The notes below the pieces were generated by a model that saw nothing but the letters and a program-made list of their open reading frames with translations, was not told the DNA's origin and ran no database searches. A stretch of 64,000 bases of DNA from an uncultured bacterium (GTDB lineage: Bacteria; Verrucomicrobiota; Verrucomicrobiia; Limisphaerales; UBA8199), in NCBI GenBank assembly GCA_963749495.1, contig CAVVMW010000010.1, forward strand, positions 448,001-512,000. Reading direction: 5' to 3'. Each line of letters opens with the position of its first letter. Positions within the stretch are counted from its first letter, which is position 1. The position numbers and the translations under genes are program-made. Positions 1-8,562 of the stretch are shown here, one piece after another.

Positions 1-236
1 TGGGCGGCGGTCGCGCCGCAGCAGGTCCAGCCTTTGGGTTCGACCAGGTCAATGCCCAGCGCGCGCGCCACCGCCAGAGTGGATTGGTGCATGTCCCGGG
101 CTGTCGATTCAGCCGAGCACCCTGGAAAATAGGCATACCTCAGAGCGTGGCCGGGAAATGATCGTGGCAGGGGCGTCTCGCCCCTGTCTTCTACGGGCGA
201 GACGCCCGTGCCACAATTATTTGGACTCGCTCTCAT
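1..236 (-). CDS. hdrB: Heterodisulfide reductase subunit B, N-terminal part (continues beyond window start)
   Basis: Manual translation from ATG at 236 (ATGA overlap with hdrC stop): MRASPNNCGTGVSPVEDRGETPLPRSFPGHALRYAYFPGCSAES...EPKGWTCCGATAA; YFPGC and WxCCG motifs of the CCG domain; directly downstream of hdrC. Confidence 0.9.
   Translation of the reverse strand, partial: MRASPNNCGTGVSPVEDRGETPLPRSFPGHALRYAYFPGCSAESTARDMHQSTLAVARALGIDLVEPKGWTCCGATAA
164..214. repeat. REP-like palindromic doublet (GTGGCA..GGGCGTCTCGCCC / GGGCGAGACGCCCGTGCCAC) lying in frame in the hdrB 5' end
   Basis: Two inverted hairpin units with GTGGCA/TGCCAC ends; same family at 14324-14373. Confidence 0.85.
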
Positions 237-799
237 GCTTGGGGTCCTTGGTTCTGTTTGGATTGCTTGAAGATGCGGCCCACAGTCTTGCGGTCGCCCC
301 CGCGCGGAGGCAGCAGTGCAATCTTTCCCTTCTTGAGCATCGTCGGGAATTTCTCGGTGTCGTTCATCCATGTTCCCGTGCCGAGTTTGTAAGCGGCGAC
401 CATCCCGATTTCATAGGTGCGGCCGAACATTTCGACCGTTCTCAGGAATGCCCGGTTAAACAACGGCACATTGCCGGCCGGCTTGGGCGCGCCTCGTTCG
501 AGGGCCAGCCTGCGCAACGCATCGATGACCGCTGCGACATCGATCCCCATCGGGCAGCGGGCGGAACAGGTCTCACACGAGGCGCACGTCCAGAGGAGAT
601 CGCTGGCCAGCAGTTCGTTGCCTGCGCCCAGGTGCAGTTGCCGCATGATTTCCGACGGCCGCGACCTGGCCAGCTTGGCCACCGGACAACCGCTGGAGCA
701 TTTCTTGCATTGGAAACAGACGCTCACGGCCGCGCCGCACATCTTTTCCACGGCGTCCTTCAAGCCAGGGCCGGTCTTCTTTTTCTTGATAGTGATCAC
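233..799 (-). CDS. hdrC: Heterodisulfide reductase subunit C (2x[4Fe-4S])
   Basis: CFQCKKCSSGCP and WTCASCETCSARCP motifs; adjacent to hdrB. Confidence 0.9.
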   Translation of the reverse strand: MITIKKKKTGPGLKDAVEKMCGAAVSVCFQCKKCSSGCPVAKLARSRPSEIMRQLHLGAGNELLASDLLWTCASCETCSARCPMGIDVAAVIDALRRLALERGAPKPAGNVPLFNRAFLRTVEMFGRTYEIGMVAAYKLGTGTWMNDTEKFPTMLKKGKIALLPPRGGDRKTVGRIFKQSKQNQGPQA

Positions 800-814
800 G
801 ACAGTTGCCTCTCG

Positions 815-3592
815 CTATTTCGGGGTCATCTCCTGGGCGCCCGCTTCGACATCGTCGGTATCTTCCTCGAGAGTGGCGGCGGCGTTGCCGGGAAGCACCT
901 TGCGATAGACTTCGGCGGGGTTGCGCGTCTGGCCGTTGACCGTCAAGAGTTGCTCGATTGTGATTCCGAAGAGCCTCTGGTTCTCCTCGAGGTGCGGCCG
1001 GATCAAATCCCAGTCTGCGCCGGTCAAGCGGGCAAACTTGCCGCCGTTTAACTGCTGCTCGACCACGGTTCTGTGCGGATCGCGAAGGAAAATGGCTCCG
1101 CCCGAGGCCAGGGAGAACAGGTTGCAGCCGGGATACGGCTCGGGCAGCGGAACCAATTGTCCGTCATCATCGAGCTTCACGCCATTAAGGACCACGAACC
1201 CGCCGCCGTTGTGAGGATCGCCGGCCATGAAGGACTCCGCCAGGAAGTCAAGGCAGGTGCCGTTGATGATTACTTTGGGCCGGCCGACGGAGTTGATGAG
1301 CGGCCGGCCGGCTGCGTTGCCCAGAACATAGACGCAACCGCCTTTGGCGCCATACAGGAAGGTCTGGCCCACGTCCCCGTGAATGACCAGTTTGCCTTGT
1401 TTAGTAATCTGGCCCAACTGGTCCTGGGCATTCCCGTGCACCGTAATGGTGAGCCCATCGATTCCCGAGGCAAGGTAATCTCCACTGCTGCCATAAACGT
1501 CGATGGTCACCCCGTCAGTTTCGGGCCCCAGTCCGCAGCCCAGATAGCGCTGGCCAATACAGTTAAAGCTGATGAAGTGCCGCCACCCTTTCATGTAAGC
1601 ATCCACCAGCAAGGCAGCGTCACAGTCGTTTCCTTCCGGCGGAAAATGGGCGGCGTCGATCACCAGCGTTGCCTCGTTCTCCTGCGGTTTCCTGAGGTGT
1701 TCACGGGTCTCGAAATCGATGAGACGAAACGCGCCCTGGGCGGAATCTTTCGAGGCAAGGTTGGGCAGGTTGGCAAACAATCGGTTCAACTCGCTGTGGA
1801 CGATGTGGAGAACATGGCTGCGCTTCTTGGCGCCGGTCGAGTATCTCCGGTCGTTCAGCAGCGTTAAGACCTCAATCGCGGTTGCCGTCTTGGAAGGGGC
1901 TTTGGCCTGATGCGTGATTTGCCGGCACGCCAGGCGGAATTCATCGAAGGTCCATGCGGGCATGAATCCGCACAGCTTTTGGAAAATCGCCGCGCTGTTG
2001 CCCGGGGCCAATCCCTCATTAGACATCGGTTCAGCAGTAGTCAGGCGCCCGAGGGACGAGGGTCGAGGGTCGAGGGAAGGGACCTCTGCCCCTCGACCCT
2101 CGACCCTCGTCCCTGGTGTCCGCTCACCATTGAACAAAGGCCCAAGGAGGCCCCCCACCGGCCCATCCGATTCGGAGGACAACGGCAATTCCCGCGAGAA
2201 ATCACAGGGCTCGGTTCCTCCCGGCAAGGGGACCGGTTTTCCGAATTTATCGGCGCAGGCAATCCGCATCTTGCCGGCGGAATCCTCTTGCAGAGTGAAG
2301 ACGAAGGCCCCGCCGTCATTGTGGCTGCCTCCACGCGCGTTCCAGTAGCGGTCGGCCACCGGGCAAATCCGAATGTCCTTCGACAAGCTCAAGAGCGTGG
2401 CATCAATAGCTTGTTTTTCCGAAGCGATCAGGCCCACTTGGACTTCGCCATCGCAGAAGGCGAACACCTGCGGCCGGAGCATTGCGGTGTCGGTTATGCC
2501 CATCAACTGGAATTGCTTCTCTCGGGCCAGAGTGCGGGCGATGATGAAGAACCACGGGCCATCGGGAGAACCATGAATGTGCGTGGCTTGGATCGCCCGG
2601 TAGATCTTCTGCTTCTCCGTGTCGAGACGGTCAAAGTCCAGTTCCGTGGTGGGCGCCAGGGCCTCGATGATGTATTCCAGCGGATAATGGTAGGTGCGGC
2701 TCAGCAAATCGAAGAGCAAGGCCGAGACTTCCGTGTCGGTGAGGAACTGGGGATAAATCTGGCGCTGCTTGAGATACTCGCAGACGGAATGGTAATTGGC
2801 AAAGTCGCCGTTATGCACCAGCGCCATATCGATGGCCGCAAAGGGATGAGCGCCGCCGGGGTGCCAGACACGGCCCTTGGTCGGGAAACGCTGGTGGGCA
2901 ATCCATTCGTGGGCGCACAGTTCCTCAATCTTGTAGTACTTGACAATCGCTTCAGCGAACCCGACCACTTTGAGGATCATGATGTCCCGGCCGTGCGAGA
3001 GCACGAAGGCCCTTTTCTCGCCGAGGGACGCGTAGTATTTCTGGTTCAGGCTGAAGCTGTTCTGGCTGACGAATTCGTCTTCGGCCTCCCCCCGGTCCAG
3101 CCCTTGGAGATGGTGCCGGGCGATGAACGCGTCCAGGACCTTGGGTTTGACGCGCACGAAATAGCGGCTGACTTCCGGCGGCAATACCTCCAGCCCAGGC
3201 ACGGACTTCCAGTCCTCGAGCCGGTCGAGTTGGGCGGCCACGGCGACATCGAAGTGCGGGGTGATGAACTGCGCTTCGATTTCAGGCCGCACCGTGGTGT
3301 CAATGAACGCCAGGTGCAGCAGGTAATGGCTGTCGAGGACCTGGCGGCTGACCCCAAGCTGTTCGGGCACCAACCCCACGGCGGCGATGCCGCCCCCTTT
3401 GCCATTGCCCCGATTGTGCATCTGCCGGGACGGTTCATAAATGTGCTTGCCCGGCACGGGCACGCTGCAACAGAAACCCACCACCCCGCAACCACCTTCC
3501 GCGGCCTCCTTCTTCAGGAGGGAGGCGTGGTGCAGAGACTGGGCCAGCCGCTTTCTTGAATCAGCCAGGCGCTTTATCAACTCGCCATTCAT
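815..3592 (-). CDS. gltB: Glutamate synthase-type class II glutamine amidotransferase domain fused to GXGXG domain
   Basis: Start MNGELIK (ATGA overlap at 3589-3592); EGG-CGVVGF N-terminal nucleophile Cys; HQRFPT, AHPF, HNGDFAN, TDTE; C-terminal GxSGDYLASG/GNAQDQLG/GDVG/GNAAGR repeats. Confidence 0.88.
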   Translation of the reverse strand: MNGELIKRLADSRKRLAQSLHHASLLKKEAAEGGCGVVGFCCSVPVPGKHIYEPSRQMHNRGNGKGGGIAAVGLVPEQLGVSRQVLDSHYLLHLAFIDTTVRPEIEAQFITPHFDVAVAAQLDRLEDWKSVPGLEVLPPEVSRYFVRVKPKVLDAFIARHHLQGLDRGEAEDEFVSQNSFSLNQKYYASLGEKRAFVLSHGRDIMILKVVGFAEAIVKYYKIEELCAHEWIAHQRFPTKGRVWHPGGAHPFAAIDMALVHNGDFANYHSVCEYLKQRQIYPQFLTDTEVSALLFDLLSRTYHYPLEYIIEALAPTTELDFDRLDTEKQKIYRAIQATHIHGSPDGPWFFIIARTLAREKQFQLMGITDTAMLRPQVFAFCDGEVQVGLIASEKQAIDATLLSLSKDIRICPVADRYWNARGGSHNDGGAFVFTLQEDSAGKMRIACADKFGKPVPLPGGTEPCDFSRELPLSSESDGPVGGLLGPLFNGERTPGTRVEGRGAEVPSLDPRPSSLGRLTTAEPMSNEGLAPGNSAAIFQKLCGFMPAWTFDEFRLACRQITHQAKAPSKTATAIEVLTLLNDRRYSTGAKKRSHVLHIVHSELNRLFANLPNLASKDSAQGAFRLIDFETREHLRKPQENEATLVIDAAHFPPEGNDCDAALLVDAYMKGWRHFISFNCIGQRYLGCGLGPETDGVTIDVYGSSGDYLASGIDGLTITVHGNAQDQLGQITKQGKLVIHGDVGQTFLYGAKGGCVYVLGNAAGRPLINSVGRPKVIINGTCLDFLAESFMAGDPHNGGGFVVLNGVKLDDDGQLVPLPEPYPGCNLFSLASGGAIFLRDPHRTVVEQQLNGGKFARLTGADWDLIRPHLEENQRLFGITIEQLLTVNGQTRNPAEVYRKVLPGNAAATLEEDTDDVEAGAQEMTPK
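2052..2114. repeat. Perfect 25-bp inverted repeat built of GTCGAGG heptamers, in frame inside the gltB-type gene
   Basis: AGGGACGAGGGTCGAGGGTCGAGGG (2052-2076), 13-nt loop, exact reverse complement at 2090-2114. Confidence 0.9.
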
Positions 3593-5157
3593 GAATTTCT
3601 CGGGCCGTCGTTCGTGTAATCCAGGTGCATCATGAGGTCGGTGCGCCCGCGCAGTTCGCCGACGCTGCGCAGGCCAAGGCGTTGCAGAATCGAGACGAGC
3701 ACCTTGCGCCAGGCGCTGTAAAGGTTGATGAGCCGCTGAGCGCCCCAATCCAGCTCCATCTTGGCGGAGAGCTCGGGGTCCGTCGTGGCGATGCCGCGCG
3801 GACAGCCGCGTCCGCTCTCGCAGCGGCTGCAGCGCACACACCCCAGCGCCACCAACTCCGCCGTCCCGATGACCACTCCATCGGCCCCCAGGGCGATGGC
3901 CTTAGCCACGTCATAGGCCGTGCGAATGCCGCCGCTGGCAACCAAGGTTACCTTGTCTCGCACACCTTCATCGGTCAGAAAACGGTGGACCTTGCCGATG
4001 GCGTATTCGATGGGCATAGCGATGTTCTTCTTGGCAATGTCCGGCGCCGCGCCGGTCCCGCCGTAGCCGCCGTCAATGTGGACAATGTGTGTGCCCGCCG
4101 AGTAACTGCCCACGGCCACCATATCGACATCGGTGGGCGTGGAAACCTTGGTCGAGATCAAGGCGCGCCGGTTCACATGCTTGACCCATTCGATGTGCTT
4201 CGCATGGTCTTCGATGGAATAGACGCTATGGAAGGGGAATGGCGAGAAGAGCGAGATGCCCAATACCGCCTCGCGCATCTTGGCCACGCTGACTGTGTTC
4301 TTGTCGCCCAGGAGATGCCCGCCCAGACCCGGCTTGGCGCCCTGGGCATACTTGAACTCCACGATCGGCACACGCTGGATCGTTTCCTCGCGCACGCCGA
4401 AAAGGCCCGTCGCCACCTGCGTAATCACGTGGTCGTCATACGGCCTCATCCGCTCCATGTAGCCGCCTTCGCCCGTGCAGGTGAAAGTATTGAACGCCAC
4501 CGCCGCCCTGGCTTTGGACAACTGGGTGACATTGCTCACCGAGCCGAACGACATGCCGCCCCCATACCAAGGAACATCAATCCTGATCTTCGGCCGGCCA
4601 TCGCCGCGCTTGTTGAGCAGGAGGCTCGTGTCGATCTGCTCCTCGCCCAGGACCACGGGCGGCCGAGCCGGGAATTTGAACCGGAGCCGGTCGAAACCGC
4701 CGCCGGAATTGCCGCACTCATGGTTGTAATCGTAAGCCGGCGGCGGCACGTCGCCGGTCTCCGCCATCTTCCATGTGGCCAGAATCAAATCGCTCGACCA
4801 GCGAAAATCACCGAGCAGGGCGTACATGGGGTTCTCCCGGATCTGCAGCGCCCCTTGCGGGCAATGCGTCACGCAATCGTGGCCGGTCTTCTCGCACGCC
4901 GGCCCGATGCACAAGTGGTGGCGTGGCTCGCCAAAATACCTGTAGCCGGGGTTGCGGGCGTGCACATTGTAGGGGCAAACCTCCTCGCACTTCCCGCAGA
5001 GCCGGCAGTCCTCGTTGCGATGGACAATGTACTTGGCGATTTCATTGCGATAGCGCGACGGGGCCGGCCGGGTGACCCGCTCCACCTTCTCCTGGGGCAC
5101 GCGTGTCTTGAGCGTGTTCTCGGGCAGCAAGGATTCAATGCCTGGTTCTGGTGCCAT
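3589..5157 (-). CDS. gltB: FMN-binding glutamate synthase domain protein with N-terminal ferredoxin
   Basis: CRLCGKCEEVCP; MSFGSVS, TGEGG, QVATGLFGV, KYAQGAKPGLGGHL, IDGGYGGTGAAP, SGGIRT, CVRCSRCESGRGCP ([3Fe-4S]). Confidence 0.9.
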   Translation of the reverse strand: MAPEPGIESLLPENTLKTRVPQEKVERVTRPAPSRYRNEIAKYIVHRNEDCRLCGKCEEVCPYNVHARNPGYRYFGEPRHHLCIGPACEKTGHDCVTHCPQGALQIRENPMYALLGDFRWSSDLILATWKMAETGDVPPPAYDYNHECGNSGGGFDRLRFKFPARPPVVLGEEQIDTSLLLNKRGDGRPKIRIDVPWYGGGMSFGSVSNVTQLSKARAAVAFNTFTCTGEGGYMERMRPYDDHVITQVATGLFGVREETIQRVPIVEFKYAQGAKPGLGGHLLGDKNTVSVAKMREAVLGISLFSPFPFHSVYSIEDHAKHIEWVKHVNRRALISTKVSTPTDVDMVAVGSYSAGTHIVHIDGGYGGTGAAPDIAKKNIAMPIEYAIGKVHRFLTDEGVRDKVTLVASGGIRTAYDVAKAIALGADGVVIGTAELVALGCVRCSRCESGRGCPRGIATTDPELSAKMELDWGAQRLINLYSAWRKVLVSILQRLGLRSVGELRGRTDLMMHLDYTNDGPRNS

Positions 5158-6532
5158 AAAGCTTGCCGAAGGTTTCCTCCTCGAGTTGCTCGAAGAACAT
5201 GGCGCGGCCGACATCGCCGCGCAGGCGGCGCACCTCGCGCATGCCCATTGCCCCCATGACCTCGATCAACTGGTCGTGCCAGGCGGCGATGAGATTCGTC
5301 ATGCGGCCCACCGCAAAATCGCTGTCGAGTGTCTCCAGCCTGGCCGGGCACGGGGAGCCGGGTTCGCAGCTCTCACACAGACGGCATTCCAGCGCGATCA
5401 ACAGCGGCAGATTGATGGTCACCAGGTCCGCCCCGCAAATGATGGCTTTGGCCAGGTGTTCCGGCAGCGCGATGCCGCCTCCGGCCATGACCGTGATCTC
5501 GTCCCGCATCCCCTTCTCGATGAGCGCGGTGTGGACCTGCCGGATCATCTCCTTGAGAAAGCGAGGCGGCTGCGCTCCGATTTCGTTGCCGTTGGCGTCC
5601 GCCACGATATGGAGCACCTCCACCCCTGGCAACCCGGCCAACTCGATGGCGCGCCCGAGGCCCGTTGGGGTCAACTCGACCCTGATGCAGGCGACGATGC
5701 GGGGATGGATATTCTTGATTGCCTTGATGCGCTCGGTCACGGCGGGGCTGTCCGCTATCTCGACCAACCGGGTCTTTCTCAGGACATCGTCCGGCACCGG
5801 GGCGCTGTCGGGACCCAGATAAAACGCGATATGGGGCAGGTGCTCCTCGAAGGCCGGCTGGTGCCGGGCATCGAGGATCGCTATCAAGTCGGTCGCCGCA
5901 GCCGTCTCTTCGATCACGGCATCGAGCTGCGGCAAGGTGTGCGCCGGCGAGCTTAGATCAATGATGAGCGGCATCGGGATCGACACCAGGGGGGGCAGTT
6001 CAGCGGCGATCCGCCTTCCCTCCAAGGCCAGGAACGGGGGCTTGCGTCCGAGGTCAACCGCCGTGCTGATGTACTCCCGGCCATGAATCCCGTCGCGGGT
6101 CGGACGAACAATCTCCGACATGTCCGTCCACATCGAGTCGAAACCAGGGCCGGAGAACGGCCCCCGGTAGCCCGCGCCCGAGACCGGGATTTTCGCCGTT
6201 TCAGCCTGGAGCCACGTGGTCTTGATGATGTCGGGTTTCCAGTAGCTGTTCCCGAGGCTCTCATAGACGGGATTGGCCGAGAGGCGCAAGAGGCCCTTGG
6301 TGCAATCCTGCACACAGGAGAAGCACCCCATGCAGTCGAAGAACAGGGCCTCCACCTGGGTCAGGTTGCGAATATACTCCGCCTCCTGCCGGTAGCGGTC
6401 ATAGACGCAGGCCTTCTTCACACAGTTATGGCACCGGGCGCAGTCCTCCCGCCAGTCCACCACGCCATGTTTGCCGATGCGCGGCCCTCGCGGCGGCACC
6501 GGCCGTGTTTGGATGTGGTATTTCTCAGGCAT
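5135..6532 (-). CDS. Second, divergent glutamate synthase FMN-domain-like protein with N-terminal 2x[4Fe-4S]
   Basis: CARCHNCVKKAC / CMGCFSCVQDC; GFDSMWTDMSEIVRPTRDG; AGGGI, KAIICGAD, CRLCESC..CP; lacks MSFG/TGEGG/AQGAKPG. Confidence 0.8.
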   Translation of the reverse strand: MPEKYHIQTRPVPPRGPRIGKHGVVDWREDCARCHNCVKKACVYDRYRQEAEYIRNLTQVEALFFDCMGCFSCVQDCTKGLLRLSANPVYESLGNSYWKPDIIKTTWLQAETAKIPVSGAGYRGPFSGPGFDSMWTDMSEIVRPTRDGIHGREYISTAVDLGRKPPFLALEGRRIAAELPPLVSIPMPLIIDLSSPAHTLPQLDAVIEETAAATDLIAILDARHQPAFEEHLPHIAFYLGPDSAPVPDDVLRKTRLVEIADSPAVTERIKAIKNIHPRIVACIRVELTPTGLGRAIELAGLPGVEVLHIVADANGNEIGAQPPRFLKEMIRQVHTALIEKGMRDEITVMAGGGIALPEHLAKAIICGADLVTINLPLLIALECRLCESCEPGSPCPARLETLDSDFAVGRMTNLIAAWHDQLIEVMGAMGMREVRRLRGDVGRAMFFEQLEEETFGKLYGTRTRH

Positions 6533-6544
6533 GCTTTCTCCCGG

Positions 6545-7448
6545 TCAAGACAGGCCGGCGGCCGCAAGGAGCTCCGGCACCACGGCTTCTTTGCCACCCG
6601 AGAGAATATGAATCCCGCGCACCCCCTCCATGCTCTTGAGTTTCTTGATGGTTTCCACGCAGATCGCCCAACCCGGTCTGCCGTCGCCGTTGCCGGAGGC
6701 CAGGAGCCGCTCCATGACTTCCTGCGGGACGTGAAAATCGGGATGGGTCTCCTGCAGTTTCCGGGCTTCCGCTGCGCTCTCCACGGGGAGCACGCCGGCC
6801 AGAATCGCGGCCTTCTTGGTGAGCCCCTGCCTGGCGCGCGGCCTCCAGCCATTGGCTGAACGCGTCGAGGTCAAAGACCGCGTGGGTTTGAATGAACCGG
6901 GCGCCGGCCTCGATTTTGCTCTGGAGCCTGAACAGGTTAAGTTCCAGCGGCTTGAGGAAGGGATTGGCCACCGCTCCCACCAGCATCGAAAACGGCCCGT
7001 CGAACTTCGTCCCGTTGGCCAGCAGGCCCTGCTCGCCCATCCGGGTGGTCATCGCGATAAACTGCGTGGAATCAATGTCGAAAACGTTTGTGGCCTCCGG
7101 ACAGCCGATCAGCGTCTGATGATAGCCGGACAAACAAAGCACATTCTTGATCCCCAGACTGGCGGCTCCCAGCAAGTCGGACTGGAGGGCGATCCGGTTC
7201 CGGTCGCGGGTGACCATTTGGAGAACGGGCTCGAGGCCCGTCTTGAGCGCCGCCAGCGAGGCGGCCAGCGAAGACATCGCCACTCCGTGCTGGTTGTCGC
7301 CCATGTTGACCGCTGTGAGCTTGCCGCCCAGGGCTTTCAAGGCCGCTTCCGTGGTGGACGCGGTCGCCGTGGCCGCCGGCGCATGCTCGGCGGTAACGAT
7401 GAACTCTCCGTTCTGGATGCTTCTGGCGAGGTGGCCATCAACGTTCAT
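6545..7448 (-). CDS. metF: Methylenetetrahydrofolate reductase family protein; one frameshift (extra G, 6824-6827)
   Basis: EFIVTAE, MSSLA, EPVLQMVTRDRNRIALQSDLLGA, KIEAGARFIQT; C-terminus ILAGVLP...GVRGIHI continues in another frame. Confidence 0.85.
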
Positions 7449-8215
7449 ACGGCCAGGTGTTCCTGTTTGTTCGTCTCATCGCTGCGTCCTTGGGGCAGGC
7501 TTCTGAGCCGTTCGATGAACTGCTTGATCTCATCACGGGCCTGCCCCGCGCCGCCTGGTGCGCACTCGATGACGGCCACCCGTCCTGCGCCCAGTCCGAT
7601 TTCCTTCAACAGCGATTCGACCGCCTCGGCGCGTTTGTGGGCGCGCAGACTGCCCTCGAAGTGACGGCACTCCTTCTTCTTGCAGGCCACTATCGCCACC
7701 CCGTCCGCGCCCGTTTCCAGGGCCTTGACCAGGTAAGGCACATCCACCTTCCCGGAGCACGGCAGACCGATGGTTTTGACCGTGTCTCCGCTCACTTGCC
7801 CGCCAAGCTCGGCCAAGGAACCCGCGTCCAGATTGTTCGAGCAGTAAAAAACGCAAGCCTTCAATGGCCGATCGCTCCTTGGGCCTTGTCCACCGAACGA
7901 ATCGCGCAACCGGTTCGCGCAACGCAGGATGGCGGATACGCCCTGCCGGAATGCGGCAAATTCCTCATAGCCGACGAGCCCGTCTTTGGCCATTTGGACG
8001 CGCAGGGCCTCGACGAGAGTCATGATTTCGCGCGCGGCCGCTGATTTGTCCCGGAACCCGGAGCAGGCCTCCGCGAAAGCGTGGCAGGCCGATTCCATCC
8101 TCATGATCTCGCCCCACACCGCTTCCGCGCTTTGCTGCAAGGCGTAAAGCAAACGCGGGCAGGCCGCTCCAATGGCCCTCAAGTACTCATCGAAGGTCTG
8201 GTCGAGGTCGTTCAT
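7445..8215 (-). CDS. mvhD: MvhD/FlpD-type [2Fe-2S] subunit with ~115-aa helical N-terminal extension
   Basis: VFYC, LPCSGKVD..YLVKALETGADGV.IVAC...CRHFEG, RVAVIEC in the C-terminal half; start codon uncertain. Confidence 0.8.
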   Translation of the reverse strand: MNDLDQTFDEYLRAIGAACPRLLYALQQSAEAVWGEIMRMESACHAFAEACSGFRDKSAAAREIMTLVEALRVQMAKDGLVGYEEFAAFRQGVSAILRCANRLRDSFGGQGPRSDRPLKACVFYCSNNLDAGSLAELGGQVSGDTVKTIGLPCSGKVDVPYLVKALETGADGVAIVACKKKECRHFEGSLRAHKRAEAVESLLKEIGLGAGRVAVIECAPGGAGQARDEIKQFIERLRSLPQGRSDETNKQEHLAV

Positions 8216-8473
8216 AACGCGTTGTCCGCAACTGCAACTCAGGCGCCGCAATTTGTACGGGCCTTTCACGCGAATGACACCGGCCTGCAAGAATCACGCG
8301 GGCCGCAAGGTTCGCGTTCCGCACGCTTGCCAACCCAGCGCGCACCGCTACCGGCCTCGCTCTTCCGATGGCGCCAGCGGCCATCACGTTCACCCAAGAG
8401 CGCGGCACGCGCGAACTTTTACCAACTGCCCGCCAGACTGCAAGCATAATCGATCACCGCGCCTTTATCTGCC

Positions 8474-8533
8474 GGCCCAAGGGGCCGCAAGAGCCCAGCC
8501 CAGGGCTGAGCCCGTGAGCCCGATGCCCTGGGT
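8474..8533. repeat. Half copy of the AGCCCAGGGC..GCCCTGGG REP-like family
   Basis: GGCCCAAGGGGCC hairpin followed by CAGCCCAGGGC...GCCCTGGGT, matching the left arm of 25398-25643. Confidence 0.55.
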
Positions 8534-8562
8534 ACAGGGCCACCCAAATTAACCACCACCTA

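Noticed and set aside
158..6859. Long plus-strand ORFs (e.g. 1910-3559, 3625-5259)
   Set aside because: Antisense shadows of well-supported minus-strand genes in high-GC DNA; no motifs.
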